Position numbers and translations under genes: made by a program. The notes under the pieces were generated by a model. The model was not told the origin of the DNA. It was given only the letters and a program-made list of their open reading frames with translations, and searched no databases. Of a stretch of 64,000 bases of DNA, positions 23,455 through 37,300 are shown one piece after another. The first letter of the stretch is position 1; each line of letters starts with the position of its first letter. This stretch comes from Octopus bimaculoides (Eukaryota), in assembly GCF_001194135.2 (NCBI RefSeq), contig NC_068986.1, positions 114,859,863 through 114,923,862 of the forward strand. The letters run 5' to 3'.

Positions 23455-23665
23455 CCCTTTCGTTACCGTATTTATTTTGAGATGCTCTGTGTTTCTTTCA
23501 GTTACTTTAAATATGACAAAGAATTTAGTAAAATAACTTAATTATCATTCAGCTGGTGTTAGGAACATAAATTGGGACTAAGGTTTGGTAGATTTTAATT
23601 CAGAACTTATGAAAACCAGACATTTGTACTCAGAGCCGGTTTCAGCTGGATTGGTAATGAAAGGG
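23455..23665. mobile_element. piggyBac MITE
   Basis: TTAA-ccctttcgttacc ... ggtaatgaaaggg-TTAA. Confidence 0.85.
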
Positions 23666-23732
23666 TTAAAAATCATTAACTACAAACTGTGTAGGTCAAA
23701 CTAGTGAATTCTTTGTTACTAATGTGAAGGAA

Positions 23733-23737
<5 letters not shown>

Positions 23738-23787
<50 letters not shown>
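23738..23787 (+). repeat. ~50-nt poly(A) tract
   Basis: Read directly. Confidence 0.95.
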
Positions 23788-23789
<2 letters not shown>

Positions 23790-24109
23790 AACTGAATCAA
23801 AAGTGGACTAAATTATTATAAGAGAAAGACCAGATTTACCATTTTCACGTGTCACGGGAATCAATCCGTGGCCCTGGCAACAATCACACTCGGATGTGCT
23901 TTTAACATTCCACTAGCACGAGTGCTAATCAGGCGGTACTGTCATCGGCCCACGTCAGCGATTTTGATTTGTTTACACCTGCCTCAATAGCTCTTCACAA
24001 GCAAAGTTTATTGTCCAATGAATGAGGGATACTCATAAGTGGGCTGGTTACACCTCATGTTTGGATGTGATTTTAATGTTCCACTGACACGAGTGTTTTT
24101 GATTCTACT

Positions 24110-24285
24110 TGAATAATAATAATAATAACAACAACAACAACAACAACATCGAAAAATACCTTAGGAATGAGAACCCAGGTTCGAAATTTCCCCAAGACAC
24201 CTGATGAAGGCTGGAGGATATATCAACCGAAAGGTTGTGTTAATAACAAACAAGATGAGGACAAATATCCGTCAAATTTAAATAG
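24110..24285 (+). mobile_element. Family D SINE, 5'-truncated
   Basis: (AAT/AAC)n followed by ...ccccaagacacCTGATGAaggctgg...GAAA...gaggacaaatatccgtcaaat. Confidence 0.75.
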
Positions 24286-24574
24286 AGGTAGTAATTGTTT
24301 AGTCACAAGAACAGCATTGATGAGTTGTTTCAATGCTGCTGAAACAGGTGAGAGGAAGAAGTTTTCTTCAGAGCAGAGACATGGTCTGAATTCTTGCAAC
24401 AGAATGGAGTCCATTGAAGGCACTTCAGGACCAATTGGTGGTATTTAATCGAAGAACAGATTAAGCAAACAACAAAATTACTATTTTATTCAATTTATTA
24501 TTGAAGCCTAAATTCCCGCAAAGATATCCCCTCCCCTACTGTCCCCAAACTAGAAGAAGAAGAAGAAAAAGCAG

Positions 24575-27500
24575 TCAGCTATCCAATAAACCATGGGGGT
24601 TATTGGCGTCATCAGATTTACTCTCTAAAGAAAACGGAGGTATCCGACATTCAAAGGCCGTCCCATCTCGACGTTCCATCTTGTAGGTACCCCTGCAAAG
24701 ACAACAACAACATTGATGGTTAACTGGAAGCTGAATGTATGATTGTATGGAATTGTGAGACAATGATGGTTATGAGAAAGAGATAAGAAAAAAAAAAAAA
24801 CGTATTAGCAAACATATATTTCTTTAATTCTTTTACTGGTTTTAGTCATTAGAATGTGGCCATGCTGGGGCATTGCCTTTAAGGGTTTTAATTAACTATA
24901 TTGACCCCAATTTTTACTTCATCCTTATACTTATTTTTTTCTGGATCTCTTCTGAATGGCTAAGTCAATTGTTGGGTACAAACAGACAATGTAATACAAG
25001 GTATTTTTGCTCAACAATTTCACACAACTATACATATAAAGACAGGTTTCTGCACAGTCACAATATTTTAAATTTCACTCACAAAGCACTGGTTGGTTAA
25101 CCTGGGGCTGTGGTAGAAGACAACCAAGGTGCAGGTGGGTAGGGGTGGACCCAGAACCACATAGTCGTGCCTGCAAATCCTAATTTGTGTTCCTACACAG
25201 TCACTCAATATGTTAGGACCAGCAGCCAACTCTCCCTCAAAGTTCACCTATTTATCTTTCAAATGAGATGAATGGATTGGATAAAAGTCGTTCTGAATAA
25301 ACAAACTAGAAAAAGAGACAGGATGGGGCATGGCTGGGATGTCAGCTGAACAATGAATTTCCACACTGGCTAACATTTGCAATCATCACACATCCATATT
25401 GTTCTCTCTCCCATTTCTGGCCACCACCCAGAAAGTAGTTTCATTGAAACAAAAGATATAAAAACTACTCACCACATATGTCCACTTGGTGCTTGTAAAG
25501 ATATATGGCTGCTGTATTGAAAGGCTGGCTGTTCTTTTGACAGAATTGGTTCCTAAAAGAGACAGAGATATTAAAGTGGTTAAGGTTAGTTGAAGTTCTC
25601 CTCACCTTCCACCATCTTTTCAGATTCTGTCTGGCATACAGCAAAAAAGAGAAGAAAAAAAACTCACACATTTTTGTTTTTACCGTAATGAAGTTTTAAC
25701 AACCATGAAATGAAGGACAGAGCGTCATGTACCAGCCCTGTATCAGTCATGTGCAACTGTCAGTTTAGTCAATATGTATCACACTTTAAACAACCAACAA
25801 GGCTTCATCATCATCATCATCATCATTTAGCATCTGTTGTCCATGCTGGCATGGGTTGGAGGGTTTGACCAGGGCTGGTAAGCTAAGGGGCTGCACCAAA
25901 CTCCAGTCTGATTTGGCATGGTTTCTACAGCTGGATGACCTTCCTAATGCCAACCACTCCGAGAGTGTAGTGGGTGCTTTTACGTGCCACCAGCATGGGT
26001 GCCAGTTGTGTGCCACCAGTATCTGCTGTTTGGTTTGATGGGTCTTCTTCTCAAGCACAGCATATTACCATAAGTCTTTGTTATTGCCTCCATGAGGCCC
26101 AGCATTTGAAAGATGTTTCTTACGTGCCACCAGCATGGGTGCCAGTTACACGACACCAGCATCATTCACATTGTCTCCGGGATGCCCAATGCTCAAAAGG
26201 TGCTTTTTATGTGCCACCAGCACAGGTGTCAGTTATGTGGCACCAACAACGACCTTAGCTATGATTTCACTTGGCTTCTTGGGTCTTCTCAAGCATGGCA
26301 TAGTCTTGGTTACTAGTCACTGCTTCTGTGAGGCCCAATGTTTGAAGATCATGCTTCACCACCCCATCCCATGTCTTCCCGGATCTCTCTCTTCCACAGC
26401 TTCCTTCTATTTGTAGAGAGCAGCACTTCACACAACTCTCCACATCCATACACATCACATCACATGACCATAGCAACACAGTCATCTCTCTTGCACACCA
26501 CATCTGATGCCACTTACGCCCAGCTTTTCTCCCAAAACGCTTACACTCTGTCATACATGCATACTAACATTACACATCCAGCAAAGCATACTAACTTCAT
26601 TTCTTTCAAGCCTATGCATGTCCTCAGCAGTCGCAGCCCACGTGTCACTGATGTGTAGCATGGCTGTTCCCCAAATGTCAAAATAACCAAAATCATGTCC
26701 CTAATGTTATTGAAATAAAATGAAACCAGATCAACTCACCTGGCCAACAACACCTCGACCGCGTACAGTTTCTAGCGTTCCAGACAAGCTAAAGATTCTC
26801 CAATGTCTTTCTCGTAATTGGACGCTTTCTTCACCCAAATTCTCAAGTCGAACACAGTAGCGCCACTGGAAAAAGATAAAAAATAAAAATACACAAGTGA
26901 CTGACCTTCCAGTTTGTGGTCAAAGCCTGCTGTGTGTGTGTATGCACCCCCATATTTTTGATATCGTGTTAGTTGTAAATGAGTGTCACAGTCATAAAAG
27001 GGATGTGTTTTATTTCCAGTCTTCCATAGAAACTGGAAGAGCATCAAACCAGAGAAAGTCTGTCCTAATGAATTCTTTCCTACTCTCAGCACAAGGCCCA
27101 AGATTTTTGGGGAGAGGGGCCAGTTGATTAGATCAACCCATGTACTCAACTGGTACTTAATTTATTGATCCTGAAAGGATGAAAGGCAAAGTTGACCTCG
27201 GCAGAATTTGAACTCAGAAAGTAAAGACAGACAAAATACTGCCAAGCATTCCACCTGGCATGCTATCATTTCTGCCAGCTCGCCACCTTTGTCCTAATGA
27301 ATTCCACCTGACCCAGGTAAGCATGAGGAACTCGTAAATATTTTTGTCATTAACTGATTTGTTAGAACATGACTCTACAAAAGAACTGCATGCAAAATTT
27401 TTTGATTAAAATAAAATATATAAACTTTTAATTAACGAGCCATTAATTGGAGTATACTAATTATACTTTTACAAGAATTACCTTTCTATTTTGTGTTTTT

Positions 27501-30500
27501 TTTAATCAAAGTGACAATGGCAACAATTGCTGGTTGGGAATTCAATTCCAGACCAGCCTTCATCAGATTTAATTTTTGAGACTCTTTCTTGTCAATTATC
27601 TTTTGCAGGTTTTTCACTGAAGGCCTTAACTTTGTGGTTAAGAAGATCATTTTTTGACTTTGGGTTCAATCCCAACTTGAATAAGTGTCTTGAGACATTG
27701 TCTTTGTTCAACCAAAACTTGCAAGTTGAATTTGGTAGACAGAAACTGGGTTGATGCCCTTCGATGGAGGAACCCTTCCTGTTTGAAGGTTAAACACAAC
27801 ATGGCCCCTTGGATGCTGTTAGCAGAGTCAGCACTGCTACAAACATTTAGACCAGGTCTTCAGTTTGAAGGCAAAAATTCTTCCTTTCCACCCAGCATTC
27901 TTGGACTTGGAGGATCAGAAAAAGATTTAAAAGATTGTGGGTGCTGCCTTTTCTCCTTTGGTTAAATGATCTAAACCAGGATCAGATAAAGTGGAGCCAT
28001 TATAAGTCCAGAGCTATAAACAATTTGGCAAAATAATTTCAACCTTGTCTCTCCACCATACAATAGATTATTTCATGCATGTATTGGACGTGTCTGTCAC
28101 TCCTGAACACAGTGTTTGAACCCTCAAACCCATGACTGATATGATGTGATAGTCATCATACTAGGGATGGATGAACAAGGTATCCATAAGCACACTGGTT
28201 CATCTCTAGTAGATTCTTGTAATACTTTCACTTCTCTCCACCAACCTTTCCAACCCAAGTGTCCTCTTTCCATCTTCTTGCAGAGATGACCCCCAGCTTC
28301 TTAGGAGTGGCCAACAAGAAATAGACACAAAAAGGTGAGCACTTACCCAAAACACATGAGTCTGTTGGGAATCCTGAAATATAGAATTATTATATCAATG
28401 TGAGATACATCAAATAAAAGAAATGGGTTTAAAAACAAAGAATTTTAAATGGTTCAGAAAAGGAAGGGTAGTTTCTGGAAGCCCCAGCTTTATCAAGACA
28501 GAAAGTCATTCTCAGACTGAAGACTTGGTTTCAATGTTTGCAAGGGAGTGGACTTCAATTCAGACACCAAAGGGCCAGGCTGTGATGTTGAACTGGGTAA
28601 TGGAATAAGTCTACCATCTAAGAGCAGTTAAAGACATCTGATGAGCTTTTGCACAGGTATCTGTGGTAAAGGAAGAACTGCTCAATATCTTGTCTTTTAG
28701 AAGTCCTGAGGCAGGATTCAAGAAGTCATTCTGCTGTACAGAACAGGATAAACAGAACAGGATTACCTTGTGTGTGGTACAAAGAAAAGTAGTGTAGATA
28801 AGATTTCAACGAATTATATATATAAAGAGATGGAGGGAAATAGGTTGGTAGGCGGATGGATAAATACAGATACATAAACAGGTATAAAACTCACCCTACT
28901 TCCAATGTAGAAAGGAATGACTGTCACCCGGATGTTTTCTGTTGTCTCTCGATGTACATCAGACAGTTGCAACCAGGGGTGGTTTTTCTCTTGCCATGCA
29001 CGCAGTGTGTCCTTTGCCACAAATGCTGGGGCTGAAAATAATTGCAAAAAATTTCCACATCTCAACACGCTGGAGCAGATTTCCTTTCAGCAAAGAGACA
29101 CTGAAATCATCCACACGGTAGTTTTCTCGTCTGTTTCTAATAATCCTCTCTACCTTCTAAATAACCATTTACCTCTAAAACAACTACCATTATATAGTTA
29201 CATCACCATCACATGACAATAAACACTATCTCCTACCTCTAAAACAGCTATGCCACTACAGGGATGATCAATGCTGGTATCTCTAATCATAGGCTTGCTC
29301 GGTAAGGGCTGACCTGGGGCTAAAGAGCAACATGATACTCATACTCACAGCTCCCTACACAGCAATCTTAATCGTTTACTAATCCACATATTGCAAGGAA
29401 TAAAAGAATAAAGGCAAATTGTCGACAGTGGTTGGTGTTAGCAAGAACATCCAACCATAGAAACCATGTTGAAACGGACAACTGGAGCCTGGTGCAACTC
29501 TCCAGCTGTTGTAAAAACAGACATTAAACGATAATGAGGATAATGAGTTACAACTGCAACTCTCCAACATATACATGCACTAATTACATTCAGCTTGTTT
29601 TATTGTTAATTTTATCATTATTTCATCATTAATTTCTATGACTCCTGTAACACCATTTGAGCATGGCTGTTGCCAGTACCGCCGGACTGGCGCTCGTGCC
29701 GGAGGCACGTAAAAAGCACCCACTACACTCTCGGAGTGGTTGGTGTTAGGAAGGGCATCCAGCTGTAGAAACTCTACCAGATCAGATTGGAGTCTGGTGC
29801 AGCCATCCGCTTCGCCAGTTCCCAGTCAAATTGTCCAACCCATGCTAGCATGGAAAGCGGACGTTAAATGATGATGATGATGATAGTATAATTACGAATG
29901 ATCAAATATCAAAGTCTGTTGTCAGGGCACCTACAACTGTAGTCGGTGATGTTCTCTTTGAAAGTCTTCGATACATAATAACATACAATATTACTACCAC
30001 AAAACAAAATCAACGTCAATATAATGACATATCTATGTGTGTGTGAGGTAGGGGCTCTCATGGCTCTTTCCCAATGTAATTCATTTCAGTTTTAATCTCA
30101 CATCAGGTCACTTAGTAGATAACTGCAACTTCACAACAGATGACCTCTGATCAAATCTCTGAGCAAACAAAGACACGTGTGAAATATTAACAGGAGGAAA
30201 ATAGGAAAGAGATGTTAAACTTACAACCACCAGGGTCATGGCTGAGGAATTTATTAAATAACTCGTGGTGAATTGGATGTTTTGCTTGTGTAGAATATGG
30301 CAGGATGTCCTCATGGGCCAAATAGTCCAGACCTAGTGGAAGGAAAAACAAAATATTAGATACCTCATTTAATGTTGTCGTTTTGGGCCCCTTTCTTATT
30401 TTTGTTGTGGTTTTAGTCCCTTCTTTTTTATTTTAGCCTCTTATCTCCAAGCATAATGCCTCTTCCCTCTCCACTGTATCTCCACTCAGTACATTCTGTA

Positions 30501-31309
30501 AAGTGGTTGGCATTAAGACGAGCATTCAGCCATGGAAACCATACCAAAGTAAACATGTGAGCATAATGCAGTGCTTGGAATATTTTTGACAATAGATTTG
30601 CTCCACCAGAGCTGAACAGGGTCTAAAGGGTATCAACTTTTGACTGGTCAGTGACCTCATTAAATACCAAAGGCACACACTGTGTAAGTCCAGTGTCAGA
30701 GCAGATGGGAGATGCTACCTGCCTCTCCTAACATTCACCCCTGTGTCTATACAGCACATGTTAATACAAATAACAGCCATACTGCACACTACTTATAGCT
30801 AGCCAACAAGGGAGGAAGAATTAATGAGACTGCCACACCGGCTAGAAACAATAGTCAAATCTGTCTTAAATCACAACTGGTTTTCTTAATAATAAAACAA
30901 GGACACCTTGGACAATGTAGTTGTTGGTAGAAACCAGTCGTAGCTGGAGCATCTTTGATTATTGGTCTGTTCAAGCAACATTGACCTGGGGTTAAACAAC
31001 AACACAGACAACGACCATTCAAATATAAGAGGTGGTCAGCAAGGAAAGAGGATGATTTTTTTTTTAGTAGGCCTCACCTGAGATGGCGTACAAAGCTCGG
31101 CTGTTTTCTTGGTTACCAAGGAAAGTGACTGCTTCAGTTTGGGCTCTCTGACAGGAAAATAGAGAGAAACAAGCAAAATCAACAAAGTAGTAGTAGTAGT
31201 AGTAGTAGTGGTAGTAGTAGTGGTAGTCGTAGTGGTAGTAGTAGTAGTGGTAGTAGTAGTAGTAGTGGTGGTAGTAGTAGTGGTAGTGGTAGTAGTAGTA
31301 GTAGTAGTG

Positions 31310-31352
<43 letters not shown>

Positions 31353-34300
31353 TAGTAGTAGTGGTGGTGGTACCGTGATGTTAAAAACACTGATTTATAC
31401 TTTAAAAGGTGAAACGTCCGACCCTTTCATAACTAAATTTCTAAGGAGTGGATTACTACCTATCTGTTCTGATAGAGCTAAGATTTTGGATGGGATTAGT
31501 TAAACATTTTTGTACATTGGTAAATGCCATATAAATATTGACCAACTGGTATGTATGTATGAGAGAAAAGTTGGACATAAGAAGCATCAAATGTGGTGTG
31601 CAAGAGAGACGACTGCGCTGGTATGGTCAGGTGTTATGTATGGATGAGGACAGCTGTGTGAGGAAGTGCCACACCCTAACTGTGGAAGGAACCTTTGGAA
31701 GACATGAGGTGGTGAAAGATGACTTTCAAATGTTGAGCTTCAAAGAGGCAATGACAGGAGACCAAGACTTTTGGAGATATGCTGCAATTGAGAAGACTTG
31801 GCAACTAAAGTGAGATTGCAGCTATGGCCGATGACAGTGTTGCATGTCCGGCCCATTTAAAAATACCCTTAATGCATTGGACGATAGGATATGCTTGAGA
31901 AGACCTGTTGAGTCAAGTAAAACCAAAATGTAGCTGAGGCCAGTGCCCCCTGATGGGCTCCTGTGCTGGTGGCACGTAAAAAACACTATCCGAATGTGAT
32001 CGATGCCAGGGTCGCTTGATTTGCTCCTGTGCTGGTGGCACATAAAAAGCACCCACTACACTTTCAGAGTGGTTGGCATTAGGAAGGGCATCCAGCTGTA
32101 GAAACACTGCCAGATCAGATTGGAGCCTGGTGCAGCCACTGGCTGTCCAGACCTCAGTCAAACCGTCCAACCCATGCCAGCATGGAAAGTGGACGTTAAA
32201 CGATGATGATGATGATATATATATATATATTTGAAAAAATGAATAGAAATTGCTTTTCTAATAATTTTTCCACTTTATAATTAGAATAATTCATAAACTG
32301 GGAGCCAGTCAGGGGGCACTGGCACCGGCCACATTCGGATGGTGCTTTTTACATGCCATCAGCATGGGAGCCAGTCAGGCGAAAGAGAAAAAATTATCAA
32401 AAAAGCCATTTCTATTCATTTTTTTCAAATCTATAATACTGTACCAAGGACTTTCTATCTCTTATTCTATTATATATTGAGGCAGATTTTCTATGGCTGG
32501 ATGCCCTCTCTGTCGCCAACCCTCACTGGTTTACAAGCGAGGTAATATTTCTCCATAATCAAACATAATATTTGAAATTAATGATATTGCTTGTATTTCC
32601 AACATTCTGCATAAACATGTCTGTACAACATCATCATCATTTAACATCTGCCTTTCATGGTTTCACAAGAGCCGACCAGGCAGAAGCCTGCACCAGACTT
32701 CTGTAACTGTTTTGGCAGGATTTTTACAGTTGGATACCCTTCCTAGCACTAAACCCTCAGCAGAGTGGACTTAGTACATGAATAATTATTATCTAGCTTG
32801 GAAACAAGTAAGGGTTGGTGATATGAAGGGCATCCAGCCATGAATGTTGCTATATTTTCACCCATTTCTCCAAAAAGTCTTTGATTACTGAGGTATTGTG
32901 CTTAACAGATTCAAAACACAAACCAACAACTAAACACAAGCAAAAGACCACTCCTACACATGCAACCAATATAAATACATCATCAAGTGAAACATAGCAG
33001 TGGCTGTGTGGTAAGTAGCTTGCTTATGAACCACATGGTTCCCGGTTCAGTCCCACTGCGTGGCACCTTGGGCAAGTGTCTTCTACTATAGCCTTGGGCC
33101 GACCAAAGCCTTGTGAGTGGATTTGGTAGGCGGAAACTGAAAGAAGCCTGTCGTATATATGTGTGTGTGTGTGTGTTTGTGTGTCTGTGTTTGTCCCTCC
33201 AACATCGCTTGACAACTGATGCTGGTGTGTTTACGTCCCCATAACTTAGCGGTTTGGCAAAAGAGACTGATAGAATAAGTACTAGGCTTACAAAGAATAA
33301 GTCCTGGGGTCGATTTGCTCGACCAGAGGCAGTGCTCCAGCATGGCCACAGTCAAATGATTGGAACAAGTAAAAGAGTAAAGAGATGGAGATGAATTTAT
33401 AATTTATTAAAAAGTTAAATTTAATGTGAATATTTTAGTACAAGTGGTCTCAGACAGGTTGGTTTTAAGAGATTTAATATTTGCTCTCAGGTGAATAGGA
33501 TGTGTAGTCATTAGTAAAGATAAATGCTCTCAGGTAACAGTGATAAATTGATATCTAATATCATGTTGTATGCATTAGTCATTGTTTAACCCTTTCGTTA
33601 TCAACTCGGCTGAAACCACTTCTGGTTCTGTAGTACAAATGTCTTGTTTTCATAAGTTTTGATTTAAAATCTTCCACCAAACCTTAATCACAATTTATGT
33701 TCCTAACACCAGCTTAATGATAACTGAGTTATTTTACTAAATTCTTTGTTATATTTAAAATTAATTGAAAGAAACACAGAACATCTCAACAGAAATATGG
33801 TAACAAAAGGGTTAAGATAATTCTCTAATGCCATTTCTCTGTAACCTATCTTAATGTTAAACCTCCAACTTATGTATTTTAATCTATGCTGCCATAATTA
33901 ATTTTCTTTAACAAATTCCTTCCTGGATGGAACACTGGTCCATCACAGGATTATGTATTTTCACCAGCTGAGTGGACTGGAGCAACGTGAAATGAAGTGT
34001 CTTGCTCAAGAACACAATGCATTGCCTGCTCCAGGAATTGAAACCACAATCTTGTGATCAGGAGTCAGATATCCTAACCACTAAACCATGCACCTCTGTA
34101 ATATGAGAGGGTGCCCCTAAATTTGACATTCTTGTGGCATTGCTCTTAGGCAAAGTACATCACTCTACCTTTCGTCACCAATATAAATATAAAAGTACCG
34201 TAAATCCGCAAGTATAATCTGCACACATTTTCCCCAAAATTTAAAGGTCAAAATTTCTGGTGCGTTCTATATACGAGGTTAAAAATGAAAAATATTTTCT

Positions 34301-37300
34301 AAGCACAATTTTCTAGGAGATAAATATATAAAGGCAAATTACTTAATATCTATTTTTCACTGACATTATTACTGTTATTTCTTTATTTTCTGCAAACAAA
34401 GTGCACAAAAAAGCTACATGTTTGCATTATAGGACGTTACCGTATATGTTTACAAACCAGGGACGTTATATAGACCTCCTTGACTCAAGTTAGAGAAGGG
34501 GTGCGTATTATACACAAGGTTTAGGTTTTTCAGAGGTACTGTCCCCTAAAAATACCCTGCATATTATACTCAAGGGCGGACTATACTGGAGGATTTATGG
34601 TATTTTCTATAGGAACAGAGTATAAAGTGTTGAATAGGCAATACTTATGTAGTACTGTATGATGCATACTAGTGAATGGAGCGTAGCACTGTATGGTGTG
34701 TAATAGTACAATGTTGGGTGCTGTAGTAGTAGTAGTGGAGTGTTATTTGATGGCGAGATAGAAGAGTGCTGTTGAGGAAAAGAAAGGGAGAATAAAACAG
34801 AAGAAACTGTGTGAACTTACTATGTAGGGACAATCTCTGGAATCCACCAGAACTAAATAATAGAGATGGGTGCAGCCTTTAACTTCCTTGCCCACCACAG
34901 TGGAATCATCTTCAGGGTTCCTAGAAGTTAGAGGAGAACGATGGAACAGTTAAGTTGCAGGAATGGTGATATTAGATGTTTGCAGGTCATGGATTGACCC
35001 GATGATGAAGACGATGATGTATAGAGTAACAGGGAACTGGTGTATATTATAATTCAGGAAACTAGAAGTTAATGTATAATGAAGTAAGCAACTGGTAGGT
35101 GATGTATAGTGAACTGCCATCCACATCATCATCATCATCATTTTATGTTTTACTTTCATGTCAGTAGGAGTTAGAGAAGTCATCACAGCCCGAGTCAGTA
35201 ATTTTTTTAGTGTTACTTCCCTTCTAGATGGGTTGGAGGATCACATCTCACTTGTACATTCCATTGTTGGCATGGGTTCTAGGAATTGATGCTCTTCCCA
35301 ATCCCAACAATTTAAAGTGCAAGTTATCATGGCCCCAGGGCTAGAGAGGGGGCTTTGTCCTATGCAAGACTAAAAAATCCTCTGCTTTTTGTCGTGCTTG
35401 TTTGTTCACGGCAAACATGACCAAGATAGTGGATAGGAGAGAAAGTGATGAAGAGGAAAGAACCAGGNNNNNNNNNNNNNNNNNNNNNNNNNNNNNNNNN
35501 NNNNNNNNNNNNNGGAGAGAGAGAGAGAGAGAGACAGAGAGAGAGCATAAATATGAGTATGATAAGAGAAACAGAGTAATAGACATAGGCAAAGAGACAA
35601 TGATACATAGCTACATGATGGTTGTTGGTAAGGAGATTGAATAGGAAAACATGAATGAGTGAAGTGAGAGGAGGAGGGAGTAATAGGGGGAGGTGGTGTT
35701 GGAAGGAGGAGTTATGAAGTAAGGGAGAGTGGTGCATATCAACAAAGAGTGAAGGATAGCATTAAAGATGGTTGTTGGAAAGACAGAGAGAGTGAATAAT
35801 GGACAGCAACAGAAGAGTGATGACAGCAGGTATTGAATATGGCTAGATCCAGAGCCATCCCTCAATACACAGGTATCATGATGGAAGAGAGGTGGAGTAA
35901 CAAAAAGTGAGGTTGGTGAGGGAGTAAGAATGGTCAAGTCCATTGCTAACCCTTGTCACTCCAGTGGTGTGAATGTTACAGTGAATAGGAGAGAGGGTAA
36001 GTGTCAGGTATGAAATAAGAAAGGAGGGAGGAGAGCAGGAGATGGAGACATAAGAGGAAAATAGTGAGCAAGAGATCGACTGTAGTTACCCACCACAATC
36101 ATTTTAATGTCTATTTTGTCATACTTGAATGATTGGACGGGTCTTCTAGAGAATATTCTGGAAACTTGAAAGTGATGGCAAGTGAAGCAGCCTACTGCCT
36201 CACATATATAATCCTTTCTACTAATGGCACAAGGCCTGAAACAAGGGGGAGGGGGGACTAGCTGATTACATTGACCCCACTGCTCAACATTTGTAGAAAT
36301 TGCAGATTTTTTTTTTTTTTTTTATTCCACAAGCCATGAAACCTGTTCTGGATTCTGGGGATCTCACTAATTCTGAGTGATACTAGTTATCATTGATATT
36401 TATGATACTAATTACAGTGTAGTTTGAATGTTAATTAATAACTTGGCAGGTGCCTGGTACCACTAATCCTACACATATACATCATAAATAAAAAATAAAA
36501 TAAAATAAAGCAGTTACGTACTTCTCTTTCGATTTTGCTGCTATGTCACGATCATAGACACGGGCTAACCATGGGAAGAGCACAATACCTCGGTAACCAA
36601 AAACTTTATGTAGAAACAACTGGAAATATAGCAATATATGACGGGTAATTTATAGTAAGACACATAAACTGGCTCACACACACACACACACTTGACAGGT
36701 GATTTATAGCAAGACACAAACTAGCTCTCTCTCACACACACACTTTACATGTTGTGACACTGTCGGTTACGACGACAAGGGTTCCAGTTGATCCAATCAA
36801 CAGAACAGCCTGCTCCTGAAATTAATGTGTAAGTGGCTGAGCACTCCACAGACACGTGTGCCCTTAACGTAGTTCTCAGGGAGATTCAGCATGACACAGA
36901 GTGTGACAAGGCTGGCTCCTTTTAAATACAGGTAGAACAGGACCGGGAAGAGAGAGTGAGAGAAAGTTGTGGTGGAAGAGTACAGAAGGGTTCGCCACCA
37001 CTCCCTGCCAGAGCCTCGTGGAGTTTTAGGTGTTTTCGCTCAATAAACACTCACAACACCCGGTCTGGGAATCAAAACCGTGATCCTACAACTGCGAGTC
37101 TGCTGCCCTAACTACTGGGCCATTGCACCTCCTCTGCTTACATGTACACCTTTATAATAGTACAGACAGACACATATTAGCTCACGCGTATGTCTTTATA
37201 ATACTATTCTAGTCCTTATGAGGGATGACTTGCCACCACTGATATCTTTATCCAAACTGCAGCCCTGAATGAATCCAAGATTGATGATATACAGACAACA

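Noticed and set aside
23738-23787. Poly(A) tract as a processed-pseudogene tail
   Set aside because: No upstream mRNA-like sequence or TSD; relevant only as an internal-priming artefact.
27535-27570. CUGAUGAAGGCUGG...CCAGC resembling the family D HHR
   Set aside because: No GAAA box follows helix II.
31064-31390. Poly-Tyr/His ORF, and (CUA)n as a branch-point array
   Set aside because: The ORF is microsatellite read-through into POLDIP2 exon 5, and (CUA)n does not fit the yUnAy branch-point consensus.
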